This document shows positions 57,329 to 64,000 of a DNA stretch of 64,000 nucleotides, piece after piece. Under the pieces are notes generated by a model that was not told the origin of the DNA, did not search any database, and saw only the letters and a program-made list of their open reading frames with translations. Both the position numbers and the translations under genes were made by a program. Each line of letters begins with the position of its first letter. The first letter of the stretch is position 1. This stretch comes from the human T2T-CHM13v2.0 reference genome, Homo sapiens. The DNA lies in assembly GCF_009914755.1 (NCBI RefSeq), contig NC_060935.1, one strand, 5' to 3'.

Positions 57329-58088
57329 TAAAATGTATTGAATTCACATTCTCCTCACCATCTCCACAGTCTGTGCCCCGTTCAGGCCAGGAAAAGCCTC
57401 TTCCTGGTTCTCCTCTCTGTAGCCCTGTCTCATCTGAGCCCACCTTACATTTTCATCCACCTGAGACATTCTCCTAGTAATCAGACCCTCCTCCCCCATC
57501 TTTCCTGGTCTGGCCTTGGGGCCTTTGCATGTGCTGTTCTTGCTCCCGGAACACCCATCCTCACCTCCCCACACCCTTTCAAACCGGTGCTTTCTCTCAG
57601 CTCTTTCTTCTCTGTACTTCCTAGTTATGTTTCTGGCCTTTGTCTTGTGGTGTGTTGGGTTGGCTGATATTGCATGATCAGCCCTGATGCAGTGGTTTTT
57701 ACATCCGTCTCCCCACTGGACGAACCTCCTTGCTGGTTCACCTTGGGTCTCCAGGGCCCAGCATGGGGCCTGGAACCTTGTACACCTTTAATACATGTTT
57801 GTGGAGCTGACACGATGATGAATTCTTTCACAACTTTCAGATGTGTATCTGTTAGGTGGAAGGAAATTGCTGGGAAACAATTTTCAGAACTAAGTGCATT
57901 TGCCGTTGCGCTTGGAGAAGCCATTTAACTTCTCTGAGCCTCACTACCCCACCAGACACCCACCCGTGCAATTGTCCTGAGCATGACCGGGGCGGGGGGT
58001 GGTGCCAGTGATCAGCAGGGGGCAGGCTTGTCATTGCAGGGCTGCCACTAACCAGCTGTCGCACCCCACCAAAGAGGGTTGGGAACCC

Positions 58089-58420
58089 TGCGTTAAGTTG
58101 GGTCCCCTCCAAAGCCAATATGAAATAAAGATTTGAATGTAAGTCATTTATTTGGGAGGCGATCCCAGGAGGCACTGGTAGGGGAAATGAGATGGGGAAT
58201 GGAAGAAAGTCAACAACGGGTGTGGCATCAAGCAAGTTACTGTTGTGAGCAACTTGGGCCAGGGAGCTGGGGTATTGACCCACCAGGTCCCGACAGTCAC
58301 TGAGTGGAGGCTACTCTGTGGGTGCTAAGTCCCCAACACTAATTCTGTCTTGCTCCCAGTAGACCCTTTGAGTTCCTGAAGCCAGAGAAGTCCTGGAGTA
58401 CTTGCAGTATGAGGTGTCAG
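58089..58420 (-). mobile_element. LTR16/LTR33-type ERVL LTR
   Basis: gatttgaatgtaagtcatttatttgggaggcgatcccaggaggcactggtagggg. Confidence 0.7.
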
Positions 58421-58769
58421 AAGGCACCAGAAAAGAAGGCTTGGGGATCTCTTCCTCGTAAAATGAAAGGAAATAAGCAGAAGCCAAATAGCAAGGAATG
58501 AACCCCCATCACTGGAGCTCGGGGCAAGTCCAGCCTCAGCTCACCTGCATTGAGCAGGACCTGCAGGACAGTTCTGCGGGTGGCTGTGTAACTCCACCAA
58601 TTTTCAGACACTCTGATTCTTGCAGCCAGTCAAAGTCCAAACGGGCATATGATGATGGAGACACACGAAAGAATGAGAACAAACCCCTGCCCATGATCAC
58701 ATGACAATTGGACCCATCTGAGGAAATGAAGCTCAGAGGTGAGACTCTGGTTAAAACCTGACTTCCCAG

Positions 58770-60240
58770 AAACTACCAAAAAAAAAAAAGAAAAAATTAA
58801 TAAACAAAAATTAATAATGTACCTAGCAGTACAATAAAGAAATAATACAATCTGTCCAGCTCTGTGTGTGGCTGTGTAACTCTACTTAAATCTATGAATA
58901 TGATGAATTATATTAATGGATTTCCTAATATTGAACCATCCTTTCATTCTAGGAGTGAGTAGAGATTTTGCCAGAAAAGAAAGGAAACTACAGCCCAATC
59001 TCACATGTAAAGATTAATGAAAACCTCTACATAAAAGACTAATAAATAGGCCAGGCACGGTGGTTCATGCCTATAATCCCAGCACTTTGGGAGGCTGAGG
59101 CGGGCAGATCACCTGGCCTCGGCCACCCCGCCTCGGCCTCCCTTTCATCCAATGAAAGGGTGGTTCAGCATTAGGAAATCCATTAATATAATTCGTCATA
59201 TTCATAGATTTAAGAAGAAAAGTCATAGTGTCAGCTCTACAGGTGTTGGAGAGGAAAGTGACAAATCCAACAAGCATTCTGGATTTAAAAATCCAACCAT
59301 GAAACAATTCCTTTATCACCATGGAGTAGAGAGGGCTGTTCTAATTATGACTCAAACCCAAAAATCAAAAAAGAAAATGATAAATTCAATTACAAAAAGA
59401 ATTCTGCATGCAGAAAAGTATCAATAACAACATGAGTTGTTAAAAGACAAAGTGGGCTGGACGCAGTGGCTCACGCCTGTAATCCCAGTACACTGGGAGG
59501 CCAAGGTGGGAGGACTGCTTGAGCTCAGAAGTTCGAGACCAACCTAGGCAACATGGCGAAACCCCGTCTCTACTAAAAATACAAAAATTAGCTGGGTGTG
59601 GTGGTGTGTACCTGTAGTCCCAGCTACTTGGGGGGCTGAGGATTGCTTCCCAAGTAGCTGGGACTACAGGTACACACCACCCACTCCCTCTCCCACAGTA
59701 GTGGGAGGATCGCTTGAGCCTGGTAATTTGAGTCTGCAGTGAGTACTGAATGCACCACTGCACTCCAGCCTGGGTGACAGAGTGAGACTCTGTCAAAAAA
59801 AAAAAAAAAAAAAAAAAGATCCAATCTCCCTCATTTATAAAGGTTTGTAGATATTGGTAAGGAAATAACAACCTACAGTTGAAATAGGTAAGGGATATGA
59901 AGAAACAACAGAAAAAGAGAAATACAAATGCATCTCAAATATATTAAAAGGTGCTCAGCCTCACTCATAAGAAAAGAAATGCAAAGTAAAGCTACACTGA
60001 TAGCACTTTTTATCCATGATATTGGGCAAACCCCACAAGTGTGACACTGGCTTTCTGAGTTAAGGAGCTGGGGACAGGATACATGAATATGTCCTTGGGG
60101 AGGGCAGTGGGCTGCTTCTCAAAGCCACGGCTCACTCACCCTTCAAGGAAGCAATCCCACTTCCGGAATTTTACTCTACCCACATACTAACAAACATTTG
60201 AAATAGTATGTATGTGAAGTTATTCATCCGAGCATTTTAA
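58770..60240 (+). mobile_element. Old L1 ORF2/3' fragments, rearranged and interrupted by Alus
   Basis: gaaaggaaactacagcccaatctcac; aagggtggttcagcattaggaaatccattaat; aaggtgctcagcctcactcataag. Confidence 0.75.
59454..59818 (+). mobile_element. Alu with internal inverted duplication
   Basis: Dimer with a 33-bp fold-back in the right arm. Confidence 0.92.
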
Positions 60241-60242
60241 AT

Positions 60243-61345
<1,103 letters not shown>

Positions 61346-61381
61346 TTTTAAAAATATTTTTTGAAATATCAAAATTTTAGG

Positions 61382-61678
61382 GCCAGGCAAGGTGGCTCAC
61401 ACCCGTAATCCCAGCACTTTGGGAGGCCGAGGCAGGTGGATTACCTGAGGTCTGGAGTTCGAGACCAGCCTGGCCAACATGATGAAACCCCATCTCTACA
61501 AAAAATACAAAAATTAGCTGGGCGTGCTGGCAGGCGCCTGTAATCCCCACACTTTGGGAGGCTAAGGCAGAAGAATCACTTGAACCTGGAGGTTGCAGTG
61601 AGCCGAGATCATGCCACTGCACTCCAGCCAGGGGCACAAAGTGAGATTCTGTCTCAAAAAAACAAACAAACAAAAAAA
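61382..61678 (+). mobile_element. Alu (AluSx-like)
   Basis: TSD atcaaaat(t/g)ttag. Confidence 0.93.
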
Positions 61679-63039
61679 TCAAAATGTTAGACACAGTCCA
61701 AGTGGCCACGAACGGGAGGGCGGTTAAATGCGTGATGGTAAATCCATGCAGTGGGTTACCAGGCTACCGTGAAATGGGAACGAGTAGAGCCGTCCGAGGT
61801 ACACTGTTGTGGGAAGTCAGCGCAAAGGGGAAGAGTACCTTTGTGTAAAAGGAGTAAAATCAGAATGTGCGTCTCCCCTCGCTTATATTTTCAGAAAGAA
61901 AATCTGGAAGGATGCGCAAGAAACTAAAAATGGTTCCCCGAGGGTGGGTGGAGGTGGGATGGGAGAGAGCCTCTTCATTCTACACATGTTCGTAAGTTTT
62001 CTATTTTTGAATGATGTGAATTTACTACCTATTGAACAATTTTAAAACTTTATGCATGTGTTTGAAGGTACATTATGATTTTTCTGGAAGAATATACCTT
62101 GTTGGTGGCAGTTGCCCCGGGCAGTTGGGAGTGAGAGGAGAAAAGGACTTTTACTTGCCATTTCACACACTTTGAGATCATTTGCATTGTAACCATGTAC
62201 ATTAGGACTTCTCAAGTACAAATGACTAATTATAATGACTTATGTTTATAATGACTTATGTTGACATATTTCTAAATATGTAAGAAACACGTAGGTATGT
62301 ATTTCCTACGTATTATCTGGGTTCCTTTGAGCAGTGGGATTGTTGGAGTCAGGGTTGAAGAAGGGGGCTTTCCTTTCATTCCTTACATGATTCTGTGATT
62401 TTTGCAACATGCACACTGTAAGAAAAGACAAGAAAACTGAGTTAAGGAGGTTCCTATCATCCTCCCTCCCTGCAAAAATGCACGTGGGTGAATTTAGGAA
62501 GATTTGCAAAAATGAGTTCTTGCAAGGCATAAGATCTAGGAGCTCTAAGCTGCTGCTGGGCAGTGAATTGAAGAGGAATTCAAAAGGGAAGAAAAGTGAT
62601 TTAAGTTTGTGGTGTTATTGGTGGGGGGCGGGTAGTCCCCAAATTTATGTCCCTCAAAGAGGAATTAAAGAACTGAAGAGGTGAGATCTGCTTTTGGCCT
62701 TATGTGGCTCATCAATACCTCCTGCTCAATGAGGTGAGGCCTGTTCTCTGGAGCAGGAGGATAATTTGATATTTTATGGTTAATGTTTCTTTGACTTTCT
62801 GATGGATCACTGGGCATCTTCACAAGGGTACAGTGGAAAAAGCAATCAAACTGGAGTTGGGATCTGAGACCCTGGAGAGCCCTGTCCCTACAGCAGTATG
62901 AAACTGAGAAAGAGCATCACCTTCTGCTGACTCCAGATTCTTCCAGGGTTTCAGGGAGGGGCCAAACAAGAAACCCCTGTGATTCCAGCTGGATCTGAAA
63001 TACTGTGGCTTCAACTGGAAAAGAAGAAAAGGAAGAATG

Positions 63040-64000
63040 ATGGGTCTAGTGTGATGGTAGTGGTGATGGTGTGATGGTGGTGATGGTGATGGTGGTGGTG
63101 ATGGTGGTCATGGTGATGGTTGTGACAGTGGTAGTGATGATGGTGGTAATGGTGATGATGGTGGTGGTGATAGTGATGATGGTGGTGGTGATGGTGATGA
63201 TGGTGGTGATGGTGATGATAGTGATGGTGATGGTGGTGGTGATGTGGTGGTGGTGGTGATGGTGATGATAGTGATGGTGATGGTGGTGGTGATGGTGATG
63301 GTGGTGGTGATGGTGATGGTGGTGGTGATTGTGATGGTAGTGGTGATGGTGGTGGTGATGGTGATGATGGTGATGGTGGTGGTGATAGTGACAATGGTGA
63401 TGGTGGTGGTGGTGATGGTGGTGACGGTGATGGTGGTGGTGATGGTGATAATAGTGATGGTGATGGTGGTGGTGATGGTGATGATAGTGATGGTGGTGGT
63501 GATGGTGATGATAGTGATGGTCGTGGTGACAGTGATGGTGGTGGTGATGGTGATGATGGTGGTGATGGTGATGATAGTGATGGTGATGGTGGTGGTGATG
63601 ATAGTGATGGTGGTGGTGGTGATGGTGATGATAGTGATGGTGGTGGTGATTGTGGTGGTGATGGTGATGATAGTGATGGTGATGGTGGTGGTGATGGTGA
63701 TGATAGTGATGGTGATGGTGGTGGTGATGATAGTGATGGTGGTGGTGGTGATGGTGATGATAGTGATGGTGGTGGTGGTGGTGGTGATGGTGATGATAGT
63801 GATGTGATGGTGGTGGTGATGGTGATGATAGTGATGGTGGTGGTGATGGTGATGATAGTGATGGTGATAGTGATGGTGATGATGATGGTGGTGGTGATGG
63901 TGATGGTGATGGTGGTGGTGATGATAGTGATGGTGGTGGTGATGGTGATGACAGTGATGGTGATAGTGATGGTGATGATCATGGTGGTGGTGATGGTGAT
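63040..64000. repeat. Mixed (GGT/GAT/AGT)n triplet low-complexity array, running off the window end
   Basis: Directly visible; source of the poly-V/M and poly-H/P/T ORFs. Confidence 0.97.

Noticed and set aside
63011-63982. 323-aa and 187-aa ORFs resembling extensin or His-rich proteins
   Set aside because: Artefact of the triplet low-complexity array; no unique domain or gene structure.

Overview
Primate (human-like) non-coding genomic DNA, intergenic or deep-intronic; I cannot place the locus. Most of the window is transposable-element-derived: more than 25 Alu elements or fragments (J, S and Y types), old and young L1 fragments, L2/MIR, hAT DNA transposons (MER1A, MER5A-type), many solo LTRs (MER21, MLT2, LTR47, MER74, MER41-like, LTR41, MER57-like, MLT1, MST and others), and a heavily decayed ~5.5 kb minus-strand ERVL-class provirus with recognisable gag, protease, RT, RNase H, integrase and dUTPase relics. 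I can support no intact protein-coding gene, RNA gene or CRISPR-like system. The listed ORFs are Alu-, microsatellite- or chance-derived. Repeat subfamily names come from recalled consensus motifs and need RepeatMasker/Dfam confirmation. The most unusual directly visible signals are: (i) a ~1.1 kb cluster (58.57-59.71 kb) of templated direct and inverted fold-back insertions, with smaller examples elsewhere; (ii) a GC/CpG-enriched first kilobase that appears to be an old L1 rewritten toward GC; (iii) an LTR 3'-end fragment cut at its apparent poly(A) site, like an L1-mediated retrocopy; (iv) TE-donated CTCF and NF-kB sites; (v) a unique-sequence candidate TCF/HOX/MEIS enhancer and a small orphan CpG cluster; (vi) minisatellites born from TE motifs.
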